A DNA stretch of 64,000 bases from Isurus oxyrinchus (Eukaryota): positions 4,216,001-4,280,000 of the forward strand of contig JANJGN010000039.1 in assembly GCA_026770705.1 (NCBI GenBank), read 5' to 3'. A program made the position numbers and the translations under genes. The notes beneath the pieces are model-generated. The model was not told the DNA's origin, did no database searches, and was given only the letters and a program-made list of their open reading frames with translations. This document shows, in pieces, positions 13,060 to 26,329 of this stretch. The first letter of the stretch is position 1. The number at the start of each line of letters is the position of its first letter.

Positions 13060-14270
13060 ATGGTCTTGCCCTCCCCCTTTCATACCGCTCCCTCCAGTGA
13101 GATAAAATTTAATTCCCGATCATCCGGCGAAAATCTCATACTCCCCCACTGTGGCCGCGATATATTCCCCCCGTCGCTGCTTTCATTGGATACCACTTTA
13201 AGTTCATCTCATGGATCTTCTGCAGCTGCCCCTCCCCCGGTGTTCATGGTATATATCTTCTCCTCCCCGCTTTTCCTGTAATATATCCCCCAGGGCCCCA
13301 ATTGTATCTGATATGCATCCTCTTCGCGGATTTGCTTGGTATATTTCACCTATCTCAGTGTCAAGCTGAACAAATCACTCCCCGTCTATTGGTCCTGGCA
13401 TATCCCCACACTCCCCTGCCCCCAGCCCCCGCAGCGTAACTGGTATACACTCCTTCTGCCCTGGAAAATCCTGTTTCTCATTGCCTGCCCTGCAGCGTGT
13501 AATATATATTTACCCCTCTGCCAATTAACCTTTTATATCAACCCCCTCTTCTATTGCATTACGTATTGCTTATTCACCCTCTTTGTGCACGAATAAACAC
13601 TATGCCCCATGCCTAGTTTATCTCTGGATCTGTTCTGCAACCAGACTTATCCCAATGTATAGGAATATATCCACATCCCACTGTGCCCATTATACGACTC
13701 CCGGTGTTCTTTTTTCTCCTCCCTAGCCATACCTCCAACAGTATCCTGGCAAACCATCCCCCTCTCCTGGTGCTGCTGATATATATCACGATCCAATGAT
13801 TGTGCTTCATAATCTCCTTCATCTACGTCCATCTACCTGATATATCGCCCTATCTCACTAGTTTACGTGGCATATCAGTCCCTCCATCTGGAGAACCTCC
13901 TTATTTTGAGCATTCAACGCAGCATAACTTGTATCTCATTCACCCCTACATGCCTCGATATGTGCATCACCACAATTACACCAACGTTATTCTCTCCATC
14001 CTTTGCCCCTGGTAAATCATTCCCTAGTGAAACTGGTATGTCTCCCATGAACAAGCTTTGCGTCTGTTGTATCAACACTATTCCACTCTACAATAGAAAT
14101 CAAAAGCTTCATCTGGTCTATCAAGTTCATCAGCCATCAGCCAGAAAATCATGCTTTATCGCCTCAAGTTTGGTTGTCAGCCTTATGTATAACATCTGCC
14201 CCATTATATCATTAGCACATCGATGATCATCTCTTGTACCTGGTATATCAAAACCACCTCTGCCATCAAT
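13060..14270. repeat. Highly degenerate ~29-30 bp tandem array with core (C)TGGTATATC followed by C-rich tracts
   Basis: Core variants at ~13158, 13247, 13277, 13309, 13337, 13367, 13396, 13441, 13462, 13838, 13868, 14010, 14115 and 14240. Strong C-over-G skew. Confidence 0.6.
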
Positions 14271-14729
14271 GTAAGTTTTTTACTTCCTGCAGTGTATTGG
14301 CGCAATACTCAAACACAACCATTCCGCTGCGCCCGTTAGTCATGGAGGCAGCTTGTGGGTAGGCATCTGTTGTTGCAATGGATCAGCACGTTTGTGCCGG
14401 CCAGTGATATTCACAAATCAGTCAGGATCCGCTACTGCTGTCGAAGCAAGAGGACAAGCTAAAGTTTGGTCACTGTAGTGGCCGCTTGTCCCACCTGAAC
14501 TGTCATTATAGTTCCTTGCCCAGATCCTCAACTGATCTCCAAAAAGTCAGTCCCGCTCCCCTGTATCACCATTGCGAGGCAACCAACACCCACTGCATCA
14601 TCATTGTGACAGGTGCCTCCGAAGAACTTTTGCCAAAGTGCAAGAGCAAATCCCAAGCTAGAAATGTGGAATAAACTCAGAAAAACCGGGAAACACTCAG
14701 GGAGTCTGTCCTGTGCAGTGTTCTGTTCT

Positions 14730-15563
14730 TTTCAATTGTTTAGCAAACAGAACAATTAGAGGAAAGGGATGGTGGAACACATTCGTGAACTGAGCTCTGA
14801 ACCTAGCCTGGGTGATGGTAGGTGTCTGTGCAGGGAGTAAGATGCTGCAGCATTAAATCCAATTCCAGCACAAACACATCTGTCATTGGAGATCGATACC
14901 TCAAATATAACATCTTGTTCCTATAGAATAAAGCATTAGCACTGACCATACAGGAAGGAATTCGTTGAATGTACAATGAACATAATAATGGTTTTCTTTC
15001 AACTTTACATTCCTGGGTCTCTGGGTCTCTTCGTACTGTTGTGAGGCCTGAGTCTCTTCCTGGCTCAGCTGCTCACTAAAATGTGCCTGACAGTGTAAAC
15101 AATGAGCACCAGAATCAGGATAAACGGTACTCTACGGGGTTTAGAATTTCAGGTGTGAACTCAATTGCTGCCGGAACCGCGACAACCAAACACCCCCGCG
15201 TACCTAACAAAACCAGGGGACGTTGCCCAGCACATTCCTGTTACCATAAAATGCCACAACACGTTCTTTGTGCAGATCAGCACAGGCACTGTTTCCAGGA
15301 CGACAGTCGCAGTTTTTCCGGTGCAACATTTACATTTCAGTTTCGGACACTGGCTGCATAAATCAGAACGGTATGGATATTGAACACAGGAATCGACTTC
15401 AGGAAAAGAAGCTGCTTCTGGAAAACAATTGGAATGTGTGTTAATATCATGTCGAGGATGATGATGAGTCGATTCGCCCCTGTCATGGCCACCAGTTAAC
15501 GAGTGATACATTTCGAGAGCCCAGACTTACCCTGCGACAGAATTCCCGACGTCACCAAGTTAA
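14730..15563 (-). pseudogene. GPR139/142-like GPCR pseudogene, exon 2 of a divergent subfamily
   Basis: Acceptor ctctgccttgcag|TT AAC. Reads VNLVTSGILSQGKSGLSKCITR*LVAMTGANRLIIILDMILTHIPIV...IPVFNIHTVLIYAA, then a deletion of the DRF region, then KLKCKCCTGKTATVVL...NVPWFC*...VPFILILVLIVYTVRHILVSS*ARKRLR...TQARFRAQF. Multiple stops and frameshifts. Confidence 0.85.
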
Positions 15564-15869
15564 CTGCAAGGCAGAGAATCGGCAGAACAATTATAATCAG
15601 CCAGGAGGAGAGTCACCATTTTGCTTGATGACTTCATTATGATTTCCAATTGTGCTTCTGCATCCAGTAATACATTTGTAAATCACAAATGGTTGTTCCA
15701 GTTCCAACTTTATGTGTCTTAGGCAGCGATAACCTTACTATGAAATCGATTGTCAAATGGTAAATAATATTGAGGTGCAATAAAACATGAGGAGTGACAG
15801 TTTTTTGGGCGATTTGATAGATGCCAGCATTCTGTTGACAATTCATTTCTTAGCTACCTAGAAAGAGCA

Positions 15870-16760
15870 GCCTGGATGTTGGAGTATAGTCATGGCAGAG
15901 TGTGCCAAGCCCAGCAGTGAAAGAGCGGTATAATCTCCCCTTGATATCAAGGGCATTTACTCTTACCGCAGCTCTTGAGTTTACCGGATTTGCACATATG
16001 TGGCCCCGGTTTTAAAATTAGGTCAGGAGCTGAGGGATCCTTGCAGATTCCAAAGTGAGTATCATCCAACCATTTACTGCTGAAGGAATGTCAATTAGCA
16101 TTGTCAACGCCCCCACAAGTTTATTCTGATGATCGAGAGTACATTAATGGGGTCGCATTGTATCTACTTGGATTGTTTCCTAAATTTCTGGACAGAAAAG
16201 GCCACTGCACCTATCTACACTTCCAGGTAAATTCGCGTGTTTTAGCTGCTGGAAGCAGCTGGGCCAGCTCAGGAGCACACGAGCTCAGTAATACGCCAGC
16301 GTTTTTTCAGCGTCCTTACACTTAGCAGTATCCAATGCCTTCAGCATTCTCTTGATAGCACATCGAGTGACTTTATTAGGCTAAAGATTGGCATTTGTGA
16401 TACTGGGGACAAAAGGTGTTTCCTATTTGAATCATCGACGCACCACTTATAGTTGAAATTGTTGCAAATATTTCTGCCTTGTCGTAAGCCCTCGTGTGTT
16501 CAGCTCCCCCATCAATGAGGTTGTGGATGTTTGCACAGCCTCCGCCTTCAGTTACTTGTGTTTTGTTCACAGTCACTCATGTCTGGATGTGGAAAACATC
16601 TGATTTAACATCTGGTCCGTTTGTGGTGGGATCATTCTGATCTGCATACCGCATATTTCTTTGGATGTTTGTAATGGAAGTTTCCATTTGGTGCAGCTTT
16701 GCAACATGTATATGAAAGTATTTCATCTCACTTTTAGTAATGACTGGCAGTGTTCCCTCA
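15870..16760 (-). mobile_element. Degenerate CR1/L2-type LINE ORF2 fragments
   Basis: Reverse strand ~16250-16290 gives LSSCAPELAQLLPA, similar to the LINE VLKTCAPELAAPL motif. Confidence 0.55.
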
Positions 16761-17340
16761 TGCCAGCATCCCTCATCACACCCTCACCCCTCACCGCCAA
16801 TGCTCTTCTGACAACCAGAGTTTAGCTACAATTCGATATTAATTGCAACGTGAGGTGTGTGCAGGGCCAAGGGGTTATAGATTGTGGTTATATACAGTGC
16901 TGCTGCCGTTGTTCTCCCACGGCTCCTCATGGATGCCTATGTTCCAGTTGGTAGCATAGTACAAGTCTATTCCATTTAACACGCTCATAGAGCCATATTA
17001 TATGATGGAGGATATTGTATTGTGAACACGGGAGTTAATCCATAATGCAGTTGTGAGTTGCTCACTCTTACTCATGCTTTCATGTTTACATGCACCTAAA
17101 ACAGATAGAATGGTGAGGAGGAGGTAACGTAGAATTGTCGTCCTCCTGTATCCTGGAAGTCCATCACTATGTGCACTGTGGGTGTACAAATACACGAGGG
17201 ACTACTGCTGTACAAGAAGGCAACTCTCCACCATCTTCACAAGGGTAAGTACTGATTTCCAAGAAATGCTGTGCCAGCGATTGAAGCCAAAATCCCGTAA
17301 TTGAATAACAGAATCGTGGGGGAGTTCTGATTCTTCAATA

Positions 17341-20300
17341 ACCAGAGAACGTTTCAGTGTTTTCTCATTTTCTCGTGTTTTCCTGCCTTTTCTCCTCACC
17401 CGCGCAATATTTCACCCACTTGTTTCTCTCACTGCACGTGCTACTGATTGCATTCTAAATATGAATTTGGCCGCAGATTTATGTTAACTAATCAGACGCC
17501 CCCAATCTTACACAGAAAGGAAAGGTCACCCGCATTGAAAAGTCAGCACAGCGCTCCCCACAACCTGCCCCCAAAGTGCGGTGCCAAGCGTGTTTGCCAA
17601 AATTATCCATAGCCTAGGCATGGCTGTGACAACCACATTCAAATATCGAAGAATCTACAGCCTGGTCACTCTTTTCAGCCACATTCTTTACAACATTGAC
17701 ATTCTGCTTCCTTTGACCCTCTCTACCCCTTTTGCCAAAGTATATCATTTTGCCCTGCAATGCATTAAATTGCATCTGCTAATTCCTTGCCAATTCTGCT
17801 CTTTTCTCCATGTCCGATTGCAATGGATTCATATCATCCTGACTGATTATCACCCAACCCACCATATGTGTATCGTTAACACAGTTTGAGACGTTGTGCT
17901 ATATTCCAAGATCCAGCCGGTTTATAGAGAGCAAAACCAACACCCGTCCAACACAGATTATTGGGGAAAGCTAATAGGTACAATCATCCAGACTGTAACA
18001 AAACGATTACCAAAATTTTCCGATTTTGGTGCGTTACCGAATTGTATCCAATAGGATAGACACCCCCCGCTACTGCCTTCTATCATGAGCCTAAAGTTTC
18101 TTATCAGCGTTATCAGCGCTAAGTTGTCAATTAATACCTCAAATCTTTTTCAGCCAACAACCCCTGTATTATCTTCTTTGATTTTCCCTGCTATGATATC
18201 AGAACGCAAACTGTGTTTTCCAAGTATGTTCTTAGCTAAAGGCATGCCTTTTACCAATCCGTTATCATTCTCAATTAAACTCAGCCGTGTCCAATTCCGG
18301 GTTGGATGCTTCGCTGTAAGGTCAGATTTAGTTATATTTTTAGTACTGTAGCTGGACAGAGAGAGCATTGAATAGAGAGAGCGGGGAGTGCTGAGCACCA
18401 AAAGGTAGTATTTTTTTAAAAAAGAGGAGAGAGTTGCGATGCCGGGACTTAAATTGAGCGGGAGCTGAGCTGCCAGAAGAGAGATTTAAAAATTGCTGGA
18501 GCTAGATAATCAAAACAGAGACTGAAAAAGTAACTCTGGCTGTTCCCCCAGAGCAGAGATTTAATAAAAGAGCGGGAGCTAAGTAGCTAGAGCAGAGGTT
18601 TATAAGAAGCTGGAACATTGATGTGACTGTGGTAGAGCATCGTTCTCAGAGTGGACAAATGGAAAGTGCAGTAGTTGTGCAGCAACATAGACAACATTTT
18701 CGTTATTCAATTAGGGGATTTTGGCTTCAATCGCTGGCACAGAATTTCTTGCAAATCAGTACTTACCCTTGTGAAGATGGTGGAGAGCTGCCTTCTTGTA
18801 CAGCAGTAGGCCCTCGTGTACTTGTACACCCACAGTTCTCTTAGGGATGGATTTCCAGGATTTAGACCCAGCGACAGAGAAGGAACAGCAATACATTTCG
18901 AAATCAGGGTTGCAAGTAGTTTGGGGGGGTTGTGCGGTGGGAATCTTCGAGGTTTTTGTGCTCTCTGTAGCCTGCTGCCCCTTATCCTACTAGATGGTAG
19001 CGGTCGTGTGTTTGGAAAGTGTTGCCTAAGGAGTGTTGGGGAATTGCTGAAGTGCTTCTTGTAGATGGCACACACTGCTGCCATTGATCGTCAGCGGTGG
19101 AGGGACTCAATGTGTGTCGATGTGGTGTCAAACAACCAGTTGCTTTCTGCTTAATGCTGTCAAGCTTCTTGAGTTTTGTTGGAGCTGCAAGCATCTGGGC
19201 CTGTGGAGAGTAGAGCATCACAATCCTATATTTTGCCTTGAAGATGGTGGATAGGATTTGGGGAACCAGAAGGTGTGTTATTCTCCGCAGGATTCCTAGC
19301 CTCTGAAGTGGATTTGTAGACATCGTGTTTATATGCCTAATCCAATTCAGTTTCCAGTCAATGATAATCGCTGCTCGTGGGAAATTCGTTAATGCCATTG
19401 AACGTCAAAGGCGTTGGTTAAATTATCTGTTTTGTATACAGCGATTGCCTGGCACATGTATGGTGTGAATTATGTTTGCCAATTGTCAGCCAAAGCCTGT
19501 ATATTGTCCAGGACATGCTGAGTTTGGCCTAGGCTGCCTCACTATATCAGGAGTTGGGAATGCTGTTGAGCATTGTGCATCATCAGCGAACATCTCCATT
19601 ATTGACATTGCAATGGAGGAAAGATCTTTGAAGAGAGAACTAAACACTGTTGAGCGTCGGTCACTACCCTGAGAAAATCAGGTTCCCTCAGGAACTAAAA
19701 TGACTGGGAGCTCAGCAGCCGGGGTGTATATTTGGAAAGTGCAGGTGCCAGAAGGTCAGAGGAACTATTTAGAAAAGATTGCTAGCGTGGCCGACTTGTG
19801 GTTATTTAGTAATTCAGGCCAAAGGCATCGTCTGCGATGTATCACAATCACTGTAGCTGTTCGAAATGGTGGTTCACGTTCACTTTGCTGTAAGAACAAA
19901 GGGCGTTTGGCAATAAATGCTTTTCGTGCCAGCTATAACCCTCGTGCCATGACCGAATCTTTTTTTTTAAATGTTCATTTATTCCTTGACAGCAGGTGTA
20001 GGTTTCTATCTAACGGCACGTTCCATTTGCCCTTTTAATTGGCCGTTCTTGTGGCCAAACATTTCCCTGGATGATTAGACTGGTCAACTAGGAAAGGTTA
20101 AGGCGATTTTGTGTTAGTATCTGAGAAAACTGAATGACCCAGACAGCATGGTCAAGGAGTAGGAGTGGATGATCGATGCATATCCTCTTCAGGGAGCCAA
20201 TAAGGAAAGGGCATGTCAAATTCTGTGTTCCGTGCTGTAACCTGTATATGGTTGCATCTACGATCTGTGTTTAAGTGAATGGGAATAAATGATGTGAAGA

Positions 20301-21770
20301 GAAGAATTACATTATGTTTGTTCATGCGCAAAATACAAAGGAATACAAAGGAAGATGTTTATGGTCGGGCCATGAGCGAGTGGACGTTTCATAGCTGGGA
20401 ATTGGTGCGGATATCTGGTGGAAGCTTCACTCGTTGTTTTGATGAGTGGACTTCAAGTTAATAATTTTCAGACGCCACAACATCTGTGAATTGTGATAAC
20501 AAGCATTTGGTGGCCGTGTGTGTGAAAAGACCAGAAAACATGAAACATAGACTGTTGTGTATGAGCATGTGGGGAGGCGGCCGTCCCTGTCTTCGTGAAT
20601 AATTAAGTTTGAGTTTTGCAAGCTTGCAAAGGAATTGTAGGGAAATCCGAAATCAAGATATGGAACCGTCTCTAAGTCCGATAGATCGTGGGAATGAGTC
20701 TTGAATTTACCATATGATCAATTGCGCCAATGCCCAGTCTTTCACAAAGCACGTGATCACCAGGCAGTCTTTGTTTTAATCATGTGATTTATATGGAACT
20801 CTGAGTAGCAGCTCATTGTGCAACAGTCGGATATTTGGGGGGAGCCAGGTTTCATGAAACCTGTTCTGAAAACTGCCCCATATATTATTCGGCCCAGAAG
20901 AGACATTGAAGGGTATTTGTGCTGTTTTTCTATGTTACGCTTGTTCGAGTTATTTTGATCCAGCCTGTGATGTATGGGCTGTTGATCAGAGCATCTGCTC
21001 CAATGAGCTCTATGCGATCAGAGACTGGCATCACAATTCAAACTCTCAAACCCTGCAACTATAACCAGGGTTGTTCAGTAATTTTCTTTTTATTATTATC
21101 ATCATGCCTCAAGTCCACCATTTATTATAGAATAAAGTGAAAAGGAGTTCAATTTGAGACTACACCATGAAAGAGTATTTTCACCTGGGATGTAATTTTA
21201 TCCAGAGTCAGCAGACATCACTTCAAGTATTTTGCTAATGTGACTCCCTTCAGGCACAGTTTTTAAGTCCTCCTGCATATGTCAATTGGTTTTCAGCTGT
21301 AATTTGACTAATTTTACGCACCGTTTCAAAGAGTATTGCATTCCGTTCCTCAGCTCCTCCCTAAACCTAGACTGTGTCAGCACATAAATGAATGTATTTG
21401 TGCAGCAGCTGAGGACCGCAAGCATGATTGCAACTGACCCAAGTTCATTAGTGCCAGAATATGAAATGATTGTTGTATGCAGAGAGAAAACATATGCGAC
21501 TGGAGTAGTCCAGAGCAATATAAAGCTGCCGGTTATACTGAAGAGTAAAATTATGGACTTTCTTCGTCTTTCTATCTCTGGATCATTGTGATGCTCTCCA
21601 TTGCAGCAACCGTTGAGACCCCTGCGAACTCTACTGGCGGCTAAAATACGTCTCACCGTCAAAACATTTAGCAACAAAATTAAAATGAATGGAACAAGTG
21701 GGGTCAAAGTTAGCACAAAGAAATCAAATGCAGCCCATTCAGCAGAACTGAAAAATGTCTGTTTTAGTTT
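17341..21770 (+). repeat. Segment duplicated in inverted orientation at ~48655-53103 (3' half of exon 2 plus downstream flank)
   Basis: Colinear reverse-complement similarity, e.g. 17341-17470 vs 52970-53103, 19700-20050 vs 50350-50720, 20400-21200 vs 49250-50050. Confidence 0.85.
18702..19690 (-). mobile_element. CR1/L2-type LINE 3' kilobase (inverted paralog ~50750-51680)
   Basis: ORF 18982-19398 (KLNWIRHINT...QRLGILRRITHLL...KLKKLDSIKQKA) resembles a LINE ORF2 C-terminus, followed by the 3' tail. Confidence 0.75.
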
Positions 21771-24700
21771 GCAACCGCGAGGTACATTGCCAATTATATA
21801 TGCAGGTTCATAAGCAAAATACCAGGGAATGTTTGTCAAACAACTCAAAACACTCACTACTGATATGACAGCTGCGCCTGTTTTCTCTGTGCAATATTTT
21901 TTTCTCAGTTCCAGACAACATATCGCCACAAAACGATCGAAGGTGAACACCAATGTCAACCAGACAGAGGCTGAAGTGACTACATAAATCAATGTCTCAG
22001 TTAGCTGGCATACCGTGCTCATGGTCAAGAATGAATCCGGAAAATAAATATTCAGCATTTCCTTCAGTATGACTTCAGTACAAATAAACAGGAGATCAGC
22101 CGCTGCCATTGCAATCATATAACATGTAATGCATTTGGAGAGACCACACTTTCTTCTGGAAAGGATGACAATCGCAACAACATTACCTGTAAGTGAGGAA
22201 GAGAGAAGGAGATAGAAGTCACAGATGAACAAGGCAACTTCTCTTGCAGTTGCAGCAAAGGCTCATGCATTTCACCCAAACATGCAGGACCTGCTTCCCG
22301 AGATGAGCATATACTAAATGTGGATTGGACTTAGTAAATGTGGACAGGGAAATGATCATTCCTCTTTTGATAGGAACATCATCAGTTTAAACTGGGCAAC
22401 TAGTGTGCAATAACGATTGAGCTTCTTGAGCGAGAATGTGATGTGGACAATTTGAAGGTACAAAAACGGCTCGGCATGTTGAACTTTAGATAGTAAGTAG
22501 GAGGTGTAAAGAGACAACTAATGTGTGAAGGTGCAATATCATTTGGGAAATAAAGACGCAAAATGGAATCTTGGGAAAGCAGAGTTAGACTCTGGAAGAG
22601 GTAGTCGTGCAATGTGCGCTGCGTGGTTTATGGATGCGGTAAGTATTTGAAAGGGTTGCTGTGACACAGGACTCACAGCTCGTACGTAAATTGTTGCCCA
22701 GCAGCATTGGCATACTCTCAACGCTTGGGAGTGTAAAGATGGAATATTAACTGCACAGGATATGTTAGAATGGTCACTGGGCTACAAAGAAACACTAGCA
22801 TTGACGAGGCTGAACAAGGGTTTACCCAGGAGACTTCACAGATCCGGTCCAATGAGAATCAAAACATGGTGACATTTTTATGCAGATTCTCATTGAAACG
22901 TTGTGGTAGGAGATGAGGGCAGATGAGTCAGGTTTTTTTTTAAGGCAAACTCAGTAATGGAAGATTAATATGCATGCTGGGCATTGTGAAGGTTTAGGTC
23001 AGGTGAATGCATCGCAAATTCATTGCAGAAAAAAAGTGAAGCAATATTTCTTTGCCGACTGTGTATATTTGGTGCTGATCAAGCGGGTAGTTTAATGGCC
23101 GAATGGGAACAGTGACATAGGTATCAGATTAAGTGTGAAATATTTATTGGCCAACGGCAAGGCAGAGTGGGAATTGTGCAGGACCACGCTTCTTTCTGGA
23201 CGGACTAGTTTAAATTGCAGTGAATGGATATCGCAAAAAACAGGGACAATAGGACTCGCAGCGATACAGGACACATTGTTAAAGTGTAGTAAGCAATTCG
23301 AAGATGGGATTCCAGTGTGTTTAAAATCAACTATCTATTCTGGGGAGACAGGGGTACGTTCCCATTGATTGATGAGCTGTATATCAAAGCACTTTTTTTT
23401 TCCGAAAGGGCATAAGGGAGTCACTTGCATGTCATTCACAATATCTGTGAGAAATGATTTGAAATGTGAAGCTGAACACTGACACTTGCAGGACACCAAG
23501 GGCAAAAGTTCCAAGTCGACATGGACCGTGACGGGCCCATCGATTTGAGTAGATAGATTTTTTTAGGTCTAATATATGATTAGAAGAGCAAAACAATGAA
23601 GTGTCGATTACTTGATGATAATGATCTAACTCCTAACATACGCATGGTTAAATTATCATACGTTGCAGCTATTTTCATTTTAGATTGTTTCGGATCATAC
23701 CATCCTTCAATTTTAGCAATATTTGGTAAAATGCATATTTATTTTTCAAAATGCAAGAACATTTTTGTGAATTAGCTATCTAAATCAATGATCTGTTACT
23801 ATACAGAAGACTAAACTGAAAGATTTCTACTAATTACTGATTAAATCCAATAAGCTTTATAAATCAAGCGAAATTGACGTGAGCCTCAGATACTAGTGCC
23901 TGCATCAACGTTTCTGTTGTTTAACTAATAAAACTCCGTAGAATTTTTGAAGAATGGAGTTCCTCACTGAATCTCAATGAACCTATTTGTTGCTGCCATA
24001 CATTTACTAAGTTCATGCACATGTTCATTTATTTATTATCTGCATTTCAAAGCAAGTTAAATAACTCTAATAATTAATATCCAAAGTAAGTAATTGTTCG
24101 CTTCCTAAATTGTGTTTGTGGTTCGGATGCCTATGGTGTAGGATAGGATTTCATGGCTCTTGCAAGGGTACAGAATAGATTTTCGTATGAAATCTCCGGT
24201 TAGACTCAGGATGCCCAAATTCAGGATTATAAAATGCACATTCTCACAAGGAAGGGATGAGTTCAATGAAGTACTAAGTGCTTTGAAGGCTTTGCAACCT
24301 GGAGCAGACAGAAAGTGTAGCTTCCGCAAACTTGTATTTGGGAAAACATCAATGCAATGGAGCAATGTCTATAAACGGGGTGTTGAATTAACATTTTGGA
24401 TCATATTAATTCCTGAGGATGTTCATTATTTTTTTACATGAGCTTTGGAAAAAGAAAGTGGTATTAGTCAGATAAAGATAAACAGAATTTTACATTTTTG
24501 TATCAGCTTGTAAGTTAGATTTATGTTCATTTATCATAAACAAATTATTCCCTGAACAAATCTAGTATTGATATCCTTACAATGGCATGAATTTTCACTC
24601 AGAGTCATAAATATCAATTCGCTTTTTTGAATTAAACAGAGATGGTTAACCAGATTATTAGCACTTGAACCTGTACTTGACAGAACTGTAAATAAGGAAA

Positions 24701-26320
24701 CAGTTAAAAATAGGAAAAAGACAGTAATTTTAACAATTATATACTGAAGCAGCAAATGTTGGAACAAATTAATTATCAAAACTAATATCCAATAAATTAT
24801 CCACATGTTTCTAGAAGTTTCTTCTACATTAAACATTGAAATGCCCCAGGAATGAACCACAGAATTTCTAACGAATTCAACGGTGAATTATCCAAACCAT
24901 TATACATCATTTTATCTGTGAAATTAAGTGTACAGATATCAAGTATATTATCCACATAAGCCCCTGATCAAATAACTCGAGAATTGAACATTTATATAGG
25001 CTGCACAATTGCTATCTGAAAATGCAATCTGCTTCTCTTATTGATTTGCTATTTGTGAAAAGAAACATAGAGCAGGTTCAATGCACATTGACCTATATGC
25101 CTCTTGGAGTGGTTTCTGTAAATACCCCAGTCTGATGAACTACAGAGCGATTTAGTTTCTGCCACTTTCCTAAGTCTATGTCACTTCAAGAGCGTTGTTT
25201 GCTTCGTAATGTAAGCACAAATTAACATTTATCTGTGGCATCATTTGTATGCAATGCAGATCCTAAAGTTCAAATTCATTTTAGGGACGTTGTGAATGCT
25301 CTGGCTAAAGCAAAACAGAGTGAGATCCACTGAACAGTGTTTTTGGTTATGACACATTGCTGCAGACTCGGTAGCAACACTAACAGTAGAAAGACAGGCC
25401 AAGACACCCGGTGCAGGTTAAAAACGCTGAACGTGATTTACGTTCATAAAGCAACGTTACATCAAGTAGGCATCAGACTGGATTTCACGTTTTTCGGCGT
25501 TGTGATATTGGGTAAATGCAAAATGAGTGGCCTACTCCCTCTTGTCCCACTCATCCTCCCTTAGGCGGCCTCCATCTCGTCAATCCATCCAATTCCGGGG
25601 AAGAGGCAATGAAAGGTGCAAAATTGTGTCCGCATCCAATCGGCAGTGAACGCCTGGACCTCATGCAGCAGAGTGTAATGCTGCGAACAGAGAGTTGCTA
25701 TGGCTATAAGCTCAAAACAACCTATACTCAGACATTTTTTTGAAAAATACTTTTCATTCAATGCTCAGGCAAGAAACGAAAAAGTGAGAAAAAAAGCATG
25801 AAGATGATGCATCTTCTCCAGCACAATCTGCTGCTACATTCGATCATGCTCCTGGAGGCAGGAGTTCCCCACCGCTCTTTGCCCGTCTCACAATAGCTGC
25901 ACAAAAACACTTATTTTTCTCATCCGAGCCACAGCAAATGCAATGCACCAAACAGCACAACATACGATTGGTTTACTGACAAGCTCAATAACCTGTTAAT
26001 AAGTAACTTGAGAATGGTTGACCCGCCCATTCTCCATCTGCAATTGGGGAGAACTAAGTACACGACACCATTATACTCGATGCAGGTATCTGATATTTGT
26101 GCCGATTCAACGTTTTCGATGGGGGTGGGTGATGCTGGGGAGTGAGGGTGGTAAGCGGGGTGGGTGCGAGGGGTGAAGGGGAGTGTGAGTGTGTAGGTTT
26201 GAGCTGCAATTTGAGGAGAAATGTCCAGCCCATCGTTTCGGCTACAGATTTAGGTATTCAGGAACGAATTGAAGATATACATCCTCAGTTGGGAACCAGA
26301 CTACTGCGAAAGGATTTGAA
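20421..26320 (+). repeat. Tandem duplication unit A (~5.9 kb)
   Basis: About 99% identical to 26330-32231 (offset 5909 at the start). Begins gaagcttcactcg and ends aaggatttgaa. Confidence 0.95.
21282..22186 (-). CDS. Intact coding exon 2 (copy A) of a GPR139/GPR142-like class A orphan GPCR (rest of TM1 through TM7 and C-tail)
   Basis: Acceptor ctcttcctcacttacag|GTAAT (phase 1) and an open frame to TGA. Motifs GN..AIVILSRRKCGLSKCIT, MAAADLL, FTFDRFVAICC, PWYF, PFILILLLN, LLWTTP, CCTNTFIY, FREEL. AATAAA at 21121-21126. The 5' end of track ORF 21282-22232 is intronic read-through. Confidence 0.9.
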
Positions 26321-26329
26321 CTGTTGTGT

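Noticed and set aside
13060-14270. CRISPR-like repeat-spacer array
   Set aside because: Vertebrate context, a short and degenerate core, and no cas genes; better explained as a decayed minisatellite.
18340-18620. Three to four imperfect gagcgggagct...agagattt repeats (inverted copy ~51960-52090)
   Set aside because: Probably internal repeats of a LINE 5' UTR carried along by the segmental duplication.
21388-21813. Plus-strand ORFs repeated in each receptor copy
   Set aside because: Antisense shadows of the GPCR exon.
22187-22232. N-terminal extension MFICDFYLLLSSSLT of the 316-aa ORF as a single-exon gene start
   Set aside because: It starts at a non-ATG codon, runs through the polypyrimidine tract/AG acceptor, and is frameshifted by 2 nt in copy B. 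It is intronic.
24534-24860. Hydrophobic 108/140-aa ORFs (also 30444-30866) as a membrane protein or the missing exon 1
   Set aside because: AT-rich composition explains the hydrophobicity. There is no YYP..GVP motif or matching donor, and the copies differ by a frameshifting indel.
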